Origin: a virus
Taxonomy: Duplodnaviria; Heunggongvirae; Uroviricota; Caudoviricetes
Virus record (IMG/VR): IMGVR_UViG_2917886563_000007
Length of the DNA: 64,000 nucleotides
Strand: one strand, 5' to 3'
The translations under genes and the position numbers were made by a program. Shown here one piece after another: positions 8,831-18,762 of the stretch (positions within the stretch are counted from its first letter, which is position 1; every line of letters begins with the position of its first letter). The notes below the pieces were generated by a model that had not been told where the DNA came from, ran no database searches, and was given only the letters and a program-made list of their open reading frames with translations.

Positions 8831-9367
8831 TCAGGCCCATACAGTCAGTGCCAGCATCACAAGCCATACCCAGAAGTAAGCCGGTTTCTGACCGAGGTTT
8901 TTCGCCCGACGCCACAGATAGAACGGCACCAGCCAGGCCAGTTTGCCGAACGTGGCGGTGTCCACTCCGGCCTTACGCAGGCGTCGTTCATCGAGATACC
9001 CCAGAGCGATATTGAGCAGCAGCGTGATAAACCAGTACTGCCCGCCCGAGACAGCCTCATATGCCTCGTCAAAAGACATTCCGTTCAGCCCTGCAGTCCA
9101 CAGCTCGAGCGCATAACCAATGAAGGGAGCAAATGCCAGCGTCCATACCACTGCACCCGGAATGCGGTTCCCCGGCAGCGCTGGTGGTGTAGTGCTGTGG
9201 AGCAGCGCTGAAGCCAGCGGGGTGGCGGAGACCGGTTGCCAGTCTGTCATGCCCTGTCGCCACACCAGCGTGGCAGCGGTGAGTTCACCGCGCGCAATCA
9301 GGCCAGTGATGTCGTCTTCGGTCACATTGTCGTGACGTATGCCATTTTTCTCGTAATGCCAGGTCAT
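8831..9367 (-). CDS. inner-membrane protein with N-terminal GYF-like (DUF4339-like) domain
   Basis: 178-aa ORF; N-terminal W…G…W motif region followed by hydrophobic helices. Confidence 0.45.
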   Translation of the reverse strand: MTWHYEKNGIRHDNVTEDDITGLIARGELTAATLVWRQGMTDWQPVSATPLASALLHSTTPPALPGNRIPGAVVWTLAFAPFIGYALELWTAGLNGMSFDEAYEAVSGGQYWFITLLLNIALGYLDERRLRKAGVDTATFGKLAWLVPFYLWRRAKNLGQKPAYFWVWLVMLALTVWA

Positions 9368-9392
9368 TGTTTTTCCTTCTTAACAGAGGTAA

Positions 9393-10103
9393 TTAAATCA
9401 GTGTGTTGCCCTGCTCCTCCTCAGAGGGCCCAGGAGACAGGACTTCACGAATACAGCTGAAGTGCGGAAGAGCCCGGATAAAGCCCGCCTGTGTGGTTAA
9501 CTGGCTGAGACGTTTTCGCGGGGTAAAAGTGGTGTTCAGGACTGTCACCGCATGGATGGTCGCCAGAGGGTGCACGGTGATATGCCCGTTAAGTTCACCA
9601 GTGAGGTACCAGCAGCCGTCGAGTGATATCAGGCGGTACGGGGCCAGCCCGTCACAGCGCTCTCCCTCGGCCAGCAGCAGTACCCGCTTGCAGGCGGTAA
9701 TGGCACTGACAAGACGGTAGAACACCAGTGAGATGGACGGTGATATAGTCTGTGGCGGCTGCCACACCAGGCACGGCATCCCTCCTGCAGTGAGCAGCAT
9801 GCCCGCCAGACGCCGGTCCAGCCCCGGAAAAATATCGGCCAGTCCGGCCCGGTGCGCGAAGGTCAGCGCATCGAGCTCGCCCTGTACGCCCCCACCGGTG
9901 CTACGCAGGCGGCATTGCCCCCGTCGATACTCAAGGTCGAGGTACAGCAGCCGTTCACGAAAATCCCGTCGCAGGGTACGGACTGACACACCAAACTCTG
10001 CAGCAAGTCGCGTCATGTTCAGCGTTTCACCGGCAACCAGGCGGCTGATTATCAGTGACAGCCTGACAGCCAGCCGGTCGTGACGGCGCTCTGCCTGTGT
10101 CAT
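9393..10103 (-). CDS. HTH-WYL domain transcriptional regulator (YfjR-like)
   Basis: 236-aa ORF; N-terminal HTH (…LNMTRLAAEFGVSVRTLRRD…) and C-terminal WYL-type region (…LISLDGCWYLTGE…). Confidence 0.65.
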   Translation of the reverse strand: MTQAERRHDRLAVRLSLIISRLVAGETLNMTRLAAEFGVSVRTLRRDFRERLLYLDLEYRRGQCRLRSTGGGVQGELDALTFAHRAGLADIFPGLDRRLAGMLLTAGGMPCLVWQPPQTISPSISLVFYRLVSAITACKRVLLLAEGERCDGLAPYRLISLDGCWYLTGELNGHITVHPLATIHAVTVLNTTFTPRKRLSQLTTQAGFIRALPHFSCIREVLSPGPSEEEQGNTLI

Positions 10104-10311
10104 CTCGAATCTCCGTAATAATTAACTGACTGAATATGAAATGATTCTAAAGAGGGGGGCGGACAGGGTATGGACACGGAATGAACTATTTTTTCTCTGC
10201 CACCGGAGGCAGGCCCGACGCGGCACACCGTGAAATACGGTGATAAAACACTCAATCCAATGGTGGTAAAACGGACAGGGAGTGTCCTTTCCCAACATAC
10301 TGATAACAAGC

Positions 10312-11136
10312 TCAGGACTGAAACCCACTCAGCATCGCTTCCGCTATCACCCAGAGAGCCCGGTTGAGCTTCACATCTCCGTCGATACCACGCACGGCGC
10401 GGGTATGCGTTCGCCCACCTTTTGCACTCCGACCACTGAGCCCGCCCTTAATCAGGTTCTCCTGAATACGCTGGTATGTGGTCCACAGATCATTGCTCTC
10501 ATCCTGCCAGCGGCGTGGGGAGAGTATCTGAGGTGCTGTCACCGGCTGGTGGTCCTCACCGAAACGGTACGTCAGTGCAGCCTGTGCCAGAGCCTGTTGT
10601 GCAGGTGGCGTCAGCATCAGCGACTGCATGGCATCCCGCTTCTCTTCCACACGGTCAAAAATCCCCAGCACTTCATACGCTCCTTCGATCACCTGACTCA
10701 CCACATCCCCTTTGTGCGGCACACGCACCTCGCCAAACGACTCACCGCAGACGAGTCCGTTCTGGCATACCGCACGGAATAATCCCGGTAGCATCTGATA
10801 CGAGCTGGAGCCGTCGTGAGAATTGAGCAGAATAATTTCCGGGACCTGCTTACCGGTAATCTGCCCCTCCCGACGCAGGCGCAGCATGTGCTTTGTATGC
10901 TCGCGACGCCCTGGGTCAGGTACTCGAGTCTGGCAGGCAAAGAACGGCTGAAAGCCTTCGCGCTGCAGGTTTTCAAGTACAGTAATTGTTGGTATCCAGG
11001 TATACCGGGCACTCCGGGACGCATGCTTCTCCTCACTGAACACACTGGGTACCACGCGATACAACTCTTCACGGGTTAACGGCCGGTCACGACGGATAAG
11101 ATTTGCTGCGCCAAAGCGCGAAGCCAGACGGGTCAT
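10312..11136 (-). CDS. DUF932 protein (YafZ/YfjQ family)
   Basis: ORF 10312..11184; likely start at internal Met (MTRLASRFG) giving about 274 aa; resembles YafZ/YfjQ. Confidence 0.7.
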   Translation of the reverse strand: MTRLASRFGAANLIRRDRPLTREELYRVVPSVFSEEKHASRSARYTWIPTITVLENLQREGFQPFFACQTRVPDPGRREHTKHMLRLRREGQITGKQVPEIILLNSHDGSSSYQMLPGLFRAVCQNGLVCGESFGEVRVPHKGDVVSQVIEGAYEVLGIFDRVEEKRDAMQSLMLTPPAQQALAQAALTYRFGEDHQPVTAPQILSPRRWQDESNDLWTTYQRIQENLIKGGLSGRSAKGGRTHTRAVRGIDGDVKLNRALWVIAEAMLSGFQS

Positions 11137-11229
11137 AAGCAGACTCCTCATGATGGAAAATACATACAAAAAGCCCCGCCGCAAAATCGCGGCAGGGCTC
11201 AGGAAACTACGGGTTGGAATGGTTAATGT

Positions 11230-12093
11230 TCAGAAGAAGAAATCCCAGACTGCACGGGCGACTGATACCACGATGTTGCGTACAGACTGGATAACTGTCC
11301 GAACCGGGGCCGGTATGAGTGGCAGGGAACTTACAGTGTCCAGTACCGAGCCTACTGTTTCACCAAAATCGTCACGGGCTTTTTTATTAACGGCATCGGT
11401 ACGAAGAGGAGCACTAAGCTGTACCGCTACCGGGCTACTGGCCTCACGCGGAAGGCAACGAATCATACGCTCTGCCATCACCCGCAGTCCCCAATGCAGA
11501 CGAACCGACACCGCACAGATCGGATTTACTGGTTGGAATAACTCATGCAGCAAGCAGATTTTGCGACTGATGTTCTGCTTTTGCTCCCTGGAGAGCTTAT
11601 CACCGCCGCTGGTGGGTTCAGCCTTATCCGACTGACTGATAACAAACAGCACCTTATGTCGGTAAGCCTCCCCAATTACCTGATGGTAAAATTGTTCATC
11701 CACCCCCAGCGCCCGATCATCAGCCTTAATCAGCCACAGTACCAGGTCGAGCCGGGGAAGTTGTTCGCGATACAGGGCGGCGTATTCAGTATCGCGCAAA
11801 CTACTTTCCCCCACGCCTGGTAGATCAACAAGGGTCATAACGCTCTCGCCCACTTGCAGGCTAAATTGTAAGGGGACGCGTGTGCAGGCGACTACATCGC
11901 TAACCGGTGAAACCTCACTGGCAAACAGGGCATTGCACAACGACGATTTTCCTGCCCCGGTTTTACCCATAATGCCGATCACAGGCTCGTAGTGAGTAAG
12001 CTGGTTTATCTGCTGCAGAATACGCTCCGATGCCCATTGCGGCAGGTCGGAAAGCGAGTCCTGCAGGTCAAGTAGACCTTCAATTTTTTTCAT
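11230..12093 (-). CDS. GTPase (YkfA/YfjP family)
   Basis: ORF 11230..12135; likely start MKKIEGLL; Walker A GKTGAGKSS and DxxG (DLPG) motifs. Confidence 0.75.
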   Translation of the reverse strand: MKKIEGLLDLQDSLSDLPQWASERILQQINQLTHYEPVIGIMGKTGAGKSSLCNALFASEVSPVSDVVACTRVPLQFSLQVGESVMTLVDLPGVGESSLRDTEYAALYREQLPRLDLVLWLIKADDRALGVDEQFYHQVIGEAYRHKVLFVISQSDKAEPTSGGDKLSREQKQNISRKICLLHELFQPVNPICAVSVRLHWGLRVMAERMIRCLPREASSPVAVQLSAPLRTDAVNKKARDDFGETVGSVLDTVSSLPLIPAPVRTVIQSVRNIVVSVARAVWDFFF

Positions 12094-12367
12094 CTCAACT
12101 CCGCTGAAAAGTAAAACATAAAACGGTAAAACCAAATGGTTTTACCGTTTAAAAGGAAATGTTCAGGGGAATGATATATATCTTAATGTTTTTAGAATGG
12201 ATTCATATATGATGTTGATCTTATTCAAGATATCCTAGAGTATCATTCTGTTGATAACATATTGAATTTGGTTAAAATAATTGAGCCTGATATCCCTTTT
12301 TACTGAATTTCAAGAGGTATTGGGTTGTGTTCGTTCGCCCAATTCTATTGATGACAAGGAAAAGCAA

Positions 12368-15300
12368 ATGGTTAGTAGCCAGTATCCCCGGGGTTCAGAA
12401 TGGCATAAGTGGGATTTACATATTCACACTCCAGCATCTTTTCATTGGAATGGCCCGAGATTTAAGTCAGATCCACGCTCACCAGAGAACGCCCCACTAG
12501 TGGATGCAATGATCAATGCTATGAATGCAGCAGAACCAATCGCATTTGCGATTATGGATTATTGGACCTTTGATGGATGGTTTGCGTTAAAACATCGATT
12601 GACGCAAGAAGATGCCCCCAAGCTAGAAAAAACCGTTTTTCCTGGAATTGAATTGCGGTTGATGGCGCCAATGCGTGGAAGGCTAAATGCTCACGTTCTT
12701 TTTTCTGATCATATACCAGATCAGGAGCTTATTGATTTCAAGAGTAAACTAGAGGTTGCTCTAATAAATAAGTCATTATCAGATTCAGCCTTAATCCAAA
12801 TAGCTAGGGAGGCTGCACCAGATAAATTGCGGCATCATAGTCTCAACCAACAAAAGATTCTTCAATCTGATGCTGATGCTCTCAAGGCTGGTTCAATAAT
12901 AGCCGAGGTTACATGTGAGAGTTATCAAAAAGCAATTAACAGTGTCAGCAAAAATCAAGCTATTGGGTACATGCCATTTGATACCAATGATGGGCTTACT
13001 GAAATTGAGCGTAACGCGCATTATGCATTCGCATTAACTCTTTTCAAGACATCACCAATATTTGAAACAAGGGATTATGCTACGTGGGCAGCTTTCGCTG
13101 GTGTAAAGGTCCCTGAAAATGAAAGGTGGTTTGATGCTTTTCAAAAGGCTTTAAATAATAAACCTAGACTTGCTATTTCAGGGAGTGATGCTCACTGCTT
13201 TGTTGGAGAACCTGGTAACAATGATCGCCGAGGATATGGTGACTACCCTTCAGGAAAGGCAACATGGATAAAGGCTAATCCAACATTTGACGGATTAATG
13301 CAAGCAATAAGAGAACCAGCAAAACGTTCATTTATTGGTGCTATTCCTAAAAAACGGAAATTAGTAAGCGAAAACAGAAGTCTATTTATTGAAAAGCTAG
13401 AAGTTAAAAAATCAATTGATTCATCAATCAATGAATCCTGGCTCGACAATACGGATATACATTTAAATCACGATTTAGTCGCTATTATTGGTAATAAAGG
13501 TAGTGGTAAAAGTGCATTGGCTGATATTGCAGCGTTGCTTGGTAACTCTAAACAAAGTCATCATTTTTCCTTCCTAAAGGAAAATCGATTTAGAGGAAAA
13601 ACAGGTGAGCCAGCACGTCACTTCAATGCAAAAATAGTATGGAGTGATGAAAAAGAGTTAACAAAAAACCTTAATGATAATCCAGCAACTGAAAATGTTG
13701 AATTAATAAAATACATTCCACAAGGCCATTTTGAAGAGTTGTGTAATGCTCATGTATCGGGCCAATCAGATGCATTTGAAAAAGAACTAAGATCTGTAAT
13801 CTTCTCACATGCAGATGAATCTATACGCTTAGGTGCTCATGATTTTGAAGATCTGATAGAAAAGCAGGAGAGCTCTCTTCGAAGCCAACTAGAAAGCTAT
13901 CGTAGTGAGATGCATAAACTCAATGAACAAGTAATGTTTATTGAGAGCCAAATGACCGATGAAGCAAAAAAAGCACTTGATGAAATGTTGGCTCAAAAAG
14001 TTAGATTACTGGAAGAGTTGATCAAAGCAAAGCCAGAAGAAGTTCCTGAACCATCTAATGAGCTTACACAGGAACAACAACAAATATCTGAACAGCTATC
14101 AAACATCAATCAAGAATTAGAAAAGTTACAGAAGCAGCAAGAATCAGACCTAGAAGAACTTACAAAGTTAGCCGGAAAGAGAAAAGCAAGCAAGAATATT
14201 AAGGCTGGTTTTGAAATCGTCAAACGTGCAGTTAATCAATTTGTGTCAGAGTTTGATTCAGATGCTAAACTCCTTGGTTTGGATATAGAGAGTTTAGTTA
14301 GAGTTGATGTTGATGAAAAAACTCTCTCTGCATTAGACGATGCTGGTTCACTTCGTGAAAAAGAAATCAAAGAACGTCAATTAACCCAAGTGGCTAGTAA
14401 ACAATTAATTTTGGAGAAAAAAGCTCCACTAAATGCACAGTTGAATGCCCCACAACAAGCATACCAGTTGTTTAAAGAACAGCTCAAAGCTTGGGGTGAG
14501 AAACATGCAGCATTATTAGGAAACAAAGATGATCCAGATACACTCGAAGGTATCAAGCATAGAATATCTAAACTGGAGCAACTTCCAAGTCAACGATTAG
14601 AATTACATGAGAAACGAAACGATTTGACTCGAAAAATTTTTACAATTCTTAATGAGCAAAAAGAGAATCGTGAAACCCTTTTCGAACCAGTACAATCACT
14701 TATTCAAAATAATATTCTTATCCGTGATGAATACAAACTACAATTTAGAGCTGAACTAAGTAGCACTGCAGATCTAATTTCAAATAGATTATTTTCCATT
14801 GTTAAGCAAGCGTCGGGTGAATTTAGGGGCGAATCAGAGAGTCTTTCAGTAATTAAAGACCTTATGGATCGACATGATTTAAATGACCAAGAATCTTTAC
14901 TCATGTTTGTCCAGGAATTGCACAGAAAACTAGAGAGTTCTTCTAAGAATCCAGTTGGTGTAGCTTCATTGTTACGCAAAGATCGTACAGCTAATGAAGT
15001 TTATGACCTTATTTTTGGCTTAGAGTACCTTGAGCCAAGATATACATTAATGTTTCAAGATGCTCAAATAGGACAATTGTCTCCTGGACAAAGAGGGGCC
15101 TTACTTCTGATTTTCTATCTGCTTGTGGATAAAGGAAATACACCAATAATTCTGGACCAGCCTGAAGAGAATCTTGACAATGAAACTATTGTTAGCCTGC
15201 TTGTACCTGTTTTAACGGAAGCAAAGCAAAAACGACAGATTATTATGGTTACACATAATCCGAATCTTGCAGTTGTTTGTGATGCAGAGCAAATTATCCA

Positions 15301-15442
15301 TTGTGAGTTTGATCGCACAAAGGGGCACAAAATAACATATACCCCAGGAGCTATTGAGTGTAGCGTAATTAATAACAAAGTGGTTGATGTTCTTGAAGGA
15401 ACTATGCCTGCATTTGATAATCGTAGAATGAAGTATATGTGA
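12368..15442 (+). CDS. PHP-domain nuclease fused to SMC/Rad50-like ABC ATPase with long coiled coil (Ppl-like candidate antiphage protein)
   Basis: ORF 12281..15442 (1053 aa); best start ATG 12368 after AAGGAAAAG RBS. N-term PHP motifs (WDLHIHTP…, …SGSDAH…), Walker A IIGNKGSGKS, about 450-aa coiled-coil region rich in E/K/Q/L, C-terminal Walker B/D-loop ILDQPEENLD and H-loop MVTHNP. Confidence 0.7.
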   Translation: MVSSQYPRGSEWHKWDLHIHTPASFHWNGPRFKSDPRSPENAPLVDAMINAMNAAEPIAFAIMDYWTFDGWFALKHRLTQEDAPKLEKTVFPGIELRLMAPMRGRLNAHVLFSDHIPDQELIDFKSKLEVALINKSLSDSALIQIAREAAPDKLRHHSLNQQKILQSDADALKAGSIIAEVTCESYQKAINSVSKNQAIGYMPFDTNDGLTEIERNAHYAFALTLFKTSPIFETRDYATWAAFAGVKVPENERWFDAFQKALNNKPRLAISGSDAHCFVGEPGNNDRRGYGDYPSGKATWIKANPTFDGLMQAIREPAKRSFIGAIPKKRKLVSENRSLFIEKLEVKKSIDSSINESWLDNTDIHLNHDLVAIIGNKGSGKSALADIAALLGNSKQSHHFSFLKENRFRGKTGEPARHFNAKIVWSDEKELTKNLNDNPATENVELIKYIPQGHFEELCNAHVSGQSDAFEKELRSVIFSHADESIRLGAHDFEDLIEKQESSLRSQLESYRSEMHKLNEQVMFIESQMTDEAKKALDEMLAQKVRLLEELIKAKPEEVPEPSNELTQEQQQISEQLSNINQELEKLQKQQESDLEELTKLAGKRKASKNIKAGFEIVKRAVNQFVSEFDSDAKLLGLDIESLVRVDVDEKTLSALDDAGSLREKEIKERQLTQVASKQLILEKKAPLNAQLNAPQQAYQLFKEQLKAWGEKHAALLGNKDDPDTLEGIKHRISKLEQLPSQRLELHEKRNDLTRKIFTILNEQKENRETLFEPVQSLIQNNILIRDEYKLQFRAELSSTADLISNRLFSIVKQASGEFRGESESLSVIKDLMDRHDLNDQESLLMFVQELHRKLESSSKNPVGVASLLRKDRTANEVYDLIFGLEYLEPRYTLMFQDAQIGQLSPGQRGALLLIFYLLVDKGNTPIILDQPEENLDNETIVSLLVPVLTEAKQKRQIIMVTHNPNLAVVCDAEQIIHCEFDRTKGHKITYTPGAIECSVINNKVVDVLEGTMPAFDNRRMKYM

Positions 15443-15455
15443 TGTTTGCATAAAA

Positions 15456-15492
15456 CTGCCCATCTATAAGTTTTAGATGGGCAGTTTCTTTC
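15456..15492 (+). terminator. Rho-independent terminator after the PHP-ATPase gene
   Basis: ctgcccatcta…tagatgggcag stem followed by tttctttc. Confidence 0.7.
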
Positions 15493-15623
15493 GAAGTTAC
15501 CGGGGGCACATTGGCAGTGCGATAAATCAATAATATCTTTTATGATATTCGGATTTATATTATGGAATGATATAAGTGCTTATAAACTTTTACTGGAATT
15601 TAATGGGGTTGTATTATAACCAA

Positions 15624-16244
15624 CTACCCTCGACTGCATCCGAAATTTCTGTCACCTTCACCAAATATTTTTGTATCTAACTTGGTTAAATAGTCTAGAC
15701 GGGTGAGAAGGTCGTTATACACAATGTCAAAATCCGGATCGTTAACATTCAATACATATCTACAATTCTCCGGGAAATGAACCAGATTCCTGCAATCCTC
15801 AGGTTCAAGATTAAGAGCACTATACCATGCTCTAGTTATCATATTAGTGAGCGTACCGCTATGTTCATGATGACCCAAGTGATAGTAAGCATCTTTATTG
15901 AAAAATAGACAAGTGTGAAAATGACATTTTCCACTCTGCGTGTATTCCCTTGCCCAGAGTTGGCGTATTGAATTTGGTTTTATTCTAATCCCAGCGCATA
16001 CTCTACGGTTTTCACTAGCAGCTAATATAGCTTTTAATGAATTTATAAAGCGAGATATTGCTCCAGGTTCAAGATTATGAAAACAACAAACTGTGTCGCC
16101 ATTATCAAGGATTTTCGGATAATGAAGATCAACCCTTAACGCCATAGTTTTGGAGAATTGATGAATAGCATTGTTAATCACGGTAGCAATATTGTCTCTA
16201 TAAGAGATGATATGATTGCCATGAGTACCATTATAGATTTTCAT
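15624..16244 (-). CDS. YagK/YfjJ-family protein
   Basis: 206-aa ORF with features of YagK/YfjJ family typical of CP4 islands; Cys/His-rich (…CCFHNLEPG…, …CHFHTCLFF…). Confidence 0.55.
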   Translation of the reverse strand: MKIYNGTHGNHIISYRDNIATVINNAIHQFSKTMALRVDLHYPKILDNGDTVCCFHNLEPGAISRFINSLKAILAASENRRVCAGIRIKPNSIRQLWAREYTQSGKCHFHTCLFFNKDAYYHLGHHEHSGTLTNMITRAWYSALNLEPEDCRNLVHFPENCRYVLNVNDPDFDIVYNDLLTRLDYLTKLDTKIFGEGDRNFGCSRG

Positions 16245-16466
16245 AATAATAAGACCATAGTTGCTCTTATCTTAAATAAGAGCATGTTGATTAATATCTT
16301 TTCTATAGAGCAAATGAATTAATGTTTTGGCAATCACATACAACACTTCTATTAGTTATCAATAGAAACGACAATATATTACCTTTCCACCACCATTTAC
16401 CTATATCAGGTCTGTTCCAGCCTAAAGATTACGAGTGCAATTCGCTCTGCATTTAGCTTTGTACTT

Positions 16467-17912
16467 TTACACGATGTATTGTGTGCTGATAGATTGCATA
16501 TAGTCTATATCAGGACCGATATATAAAGATCTTCCACGTTTAGCTATTCTGATTTTTCCTTGCTGAACTAAAATTTCCAATAAACCATCTGCGACTTTCT
16601 TTCTTCTCAATCGATTAGGTCCAAAGGAGTAAATTAACACTTTGTTAAAATAAATTATGGAGTTGTCTTCGCAATATTTTATAACCCAGTTAAATAATTC
16701 TTCAGAATCAACTTGTTCCTCTTTTTTATCTAGGAGCTTAGGAGGTGAAAATATACGGATATATTCATCTGTAAACCAAAGTGTAATTTCAATTGCTGCC
16801 TCTATGGCTTCTAAAGAAATATCACCTTCCCCATGGTTAAAATAAAATAGAAGTGCTGATATTCTTGCTGCATTTTCTGCAATTTTAGAAGCATAATCTT
16901 TGATGTCAGAAAATAATCCAAATCCAAGCATCCCCATTTCGGACTCTACTTGATTATGAAATTGTATCCATCTTTCTTGTGCTTCCGGAGAAAAGTAGAG
17001 GCAGGTCCGTTTGCTGTTTTTATTTGATGCAATGTTTGTCTTAATAATCTCCATTAATCTCTTATGAAACAATGGAAGATGTTCATTTGAAGTGACTGGG
17101 TTAGTTATTGTTCTGTAACCTTGTTTCGAGTGAGGTTGACAAATCAAAAATCGATTGAATATCCCAATTCCCTTTGCTATATCACCTTTATTTTTAATAT
17201 ATCTGCTAATAACGCTAGGTTGCGCCATCAATCCTGCTGTTAGGGTTGCATTTTTAATTAATCTATCCGGTTCATTCTTTCTTTGCAGTGTGTATGTAGA
17301 ACCATCCCACATTTTGTTGAGGAAGGGTAAGTCACCTAGGATATAGCCATTAAATACAGTTCCTGCTTCATCAGAAAAAATTCCGACAGAACGCCAATGA
17401 CCGGAAAGATAATCTTTTAAAGCAGCGGGTGTCGCGTCATTAAATATCATCCTATATTTTATTGGTTCTTCTGGGTAAGAAGAAAGAAGTTCTTCAAGTC
17501 TTTTACGATGCTCAGAAATATCTCTATTGCAGCGAATGTCTGACTTGATTTTTGCTATAATTAATTTCTTTTCAATATCTATTATTTCAATTGTGTTTTT
17601 GTATGATAGCATTTCATTTAGATGCTTTTCAAATAACAATTCTTCAAATTCATATATCGGGTTAAATATTTGTTTGTAAACACCTGTTTTCCTTTCTCCA
17701 GAATCGGCGATTGTCAACAAATATAATGATGCAGGGCCAGTAATGTTATTTATCCTACATACATCTATACTATTCTGACAGGCTAAAGAAATGGCACTTA
17801 GTATAGCTGAAGAAATCAATGATAGTGGGGCTTGAGTATGCTGTTCTACTTCATAGACAGCATTTCTGGCTAGTGAGGGCAGCGTGTGTACAGGGAAATT
17901 TTTATCTAACAT
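16467..17912 (-). CDS. DUF3987-like protein (YfjI family; primase/helicase-associated)
   Basis: 481-aa ORF in the position and size of YfjI-like genes upstream of AlpA and integrase in P4-type islands; low-GC. Confidence 0.5.
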   Translation of the reverse strand: MLDKNFPVHTLPSLARNAVYEVEQHTQAPLSLISSAILSAISLACQNSIDVCRINNITGPASLYLLTIADSGERKTGVYKQIFNPIYEFEELLFEKHLNEMLSYKNTIEIIDIEKKLIIAKIKSDIRCNRDISEHRKRLEELLSSYPEEPIKYRMIFNDATPAALKDYLSGHWRSVGIFSDEAGTVFNGYILGDLPFLNKMWDGSTYTLQRKNEPDRLIKNATLTAGLMAQPSVISRYIKNKGDIAKGIGIFNRFLICQPHSKQGYRTITNPVTSNEHLPLFHKRLMEIIKTNIASNKNSKRTCLYFSPEAQERWIQFHNQVESEMGMLGFGLFSDIKDYASKIAENAARISALLFYFNHGEGDISLEAIEAAIEITLWFTDEYIRIFSPPKLLDKKEEQVDSEELFNWVIKYCEDNSIIYFNKVLIYSFGPNRLRRKKVADGLLEILVQQGKIRIAKRGRSLYIGPDIDYMQSISTQYIV

Positions 17913-17924
17913 AATAACCTCCTT

Positions 17925-18161
17925 TCATCGTTTTTCTTCAGAAGCGAAGAGAGTGTGGATATAGCTTTGAACGTCATCCCAGAGCCAGTAGTTTTTTTTG
18001 TTAATTTTTTTTGGTCTTACCAAACCAGATGGTAATTGATCTTGGCACAACCATTTTCTGATTGTTTGCGGTTTACAATTCAACAGTTGTGCTAAATCAT
18101 TAGTAGAAACAAGTCGGATGTTGCTTGGAGATGATGCTTCACTTATTTGAAATTTGCTCAT
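17925..18161 (-). CDS. AlpA-family transcriptional regulator / excisionase
   Basis: 78-aa ORF; HTH …LVSTNDLAQLLNCKPQTIRKW… typical AlpA/phage excisionase. Confidence 0.7.
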   Translation of the reverse strand: MSKFQISEASSPSNIRLVSTNDLAQLLNCKPQTIRKWLCQDQLPSGLVRPKKINKKNYWLWDDVQSYIHTLFASEEKR

Positions 18162-18634
18162 GATGCCACCCCGGAGATAAAAACGTGGGCAAATGAAGCA
18201 ATAGGTAGGACGCAGGCTTTGTTTAAGAGATAGGAGGCGTTTAAGGAAAGGATAGAGAATAAGGAGGATGATCTGAGTACACTTGCAGGCTCGGGATCAC
18301 CACCTTCACTTGAACCGGTGGAAAAAGATCCCTTTGCTGACTTGGTGCTACTACGATGCGCTCTCGAGGTATGAGTTTTAAATGGCACTGAACGAGAAAT
18401 CACGTTAGCTAAAGCAATTTTGCATGCCTTGTTTCGTACATTTTTCCGATAAATAGCCTGATCCATTACATGAAGGGCGACTTTCTTATAGTGGTTTTTA
18501 AACCATTGCTCAATGGGGAGTCCATTAGATGATGGTGAATGGTATTGGATTTCAAAATTGATCTCGGGCAGTCCAAGCAGATTCGCCAGAATCTCTTGAC
18601 TATCATCTAACACGGGGTTGTAACTATTAAACAT
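18158..18634 (-). CDS. hypothetical protein
   Basis: 158-aa ORF overlapping AlpA start by 4 nt; no recognised motif. Confidence 0.35.
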   Translation of the reverse strand: MFNSYNPVLDDSQEILANLLGLPEINFEIQYHSPSSNGLPIEQWFKNHYKKVALHVMDQAIYRKNVRNKACKIALANVISRSVPFKTHTSRAHRSSTKSAKGSFSTGSSEGGDPEPASVLRSSSLFSILSLNASYLLNKACVLPIASFAHVFISGVAS

Positions 18635-18762
18635 TCTGATATTTCTCCTCTAGGGTCGTGAACTAATGAGGCGATTTTTATCCAAGTTTCAATATCTGTC
18701 AATAACTCTTTTATTTTTCAGGGTTAATGTAACATATTGATATTTAATGAAATCAACGCGTA

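Noticed and set aside
8857-9335. Multiple overlapping small ORFs in both strands across the 8831-9367 membrane-protein gene
   Set aside because: Alternative frames of the same region; the 178-aa frame has a coherent domain and transmembrane organisation.
10122-10782. Small ORFs (68-166 aa) between the WYL regulator and DUF932 genes on both strands
   Set aside because: Overlap the DUF932 gene antisense or lie in its upstream leader; no independent support.
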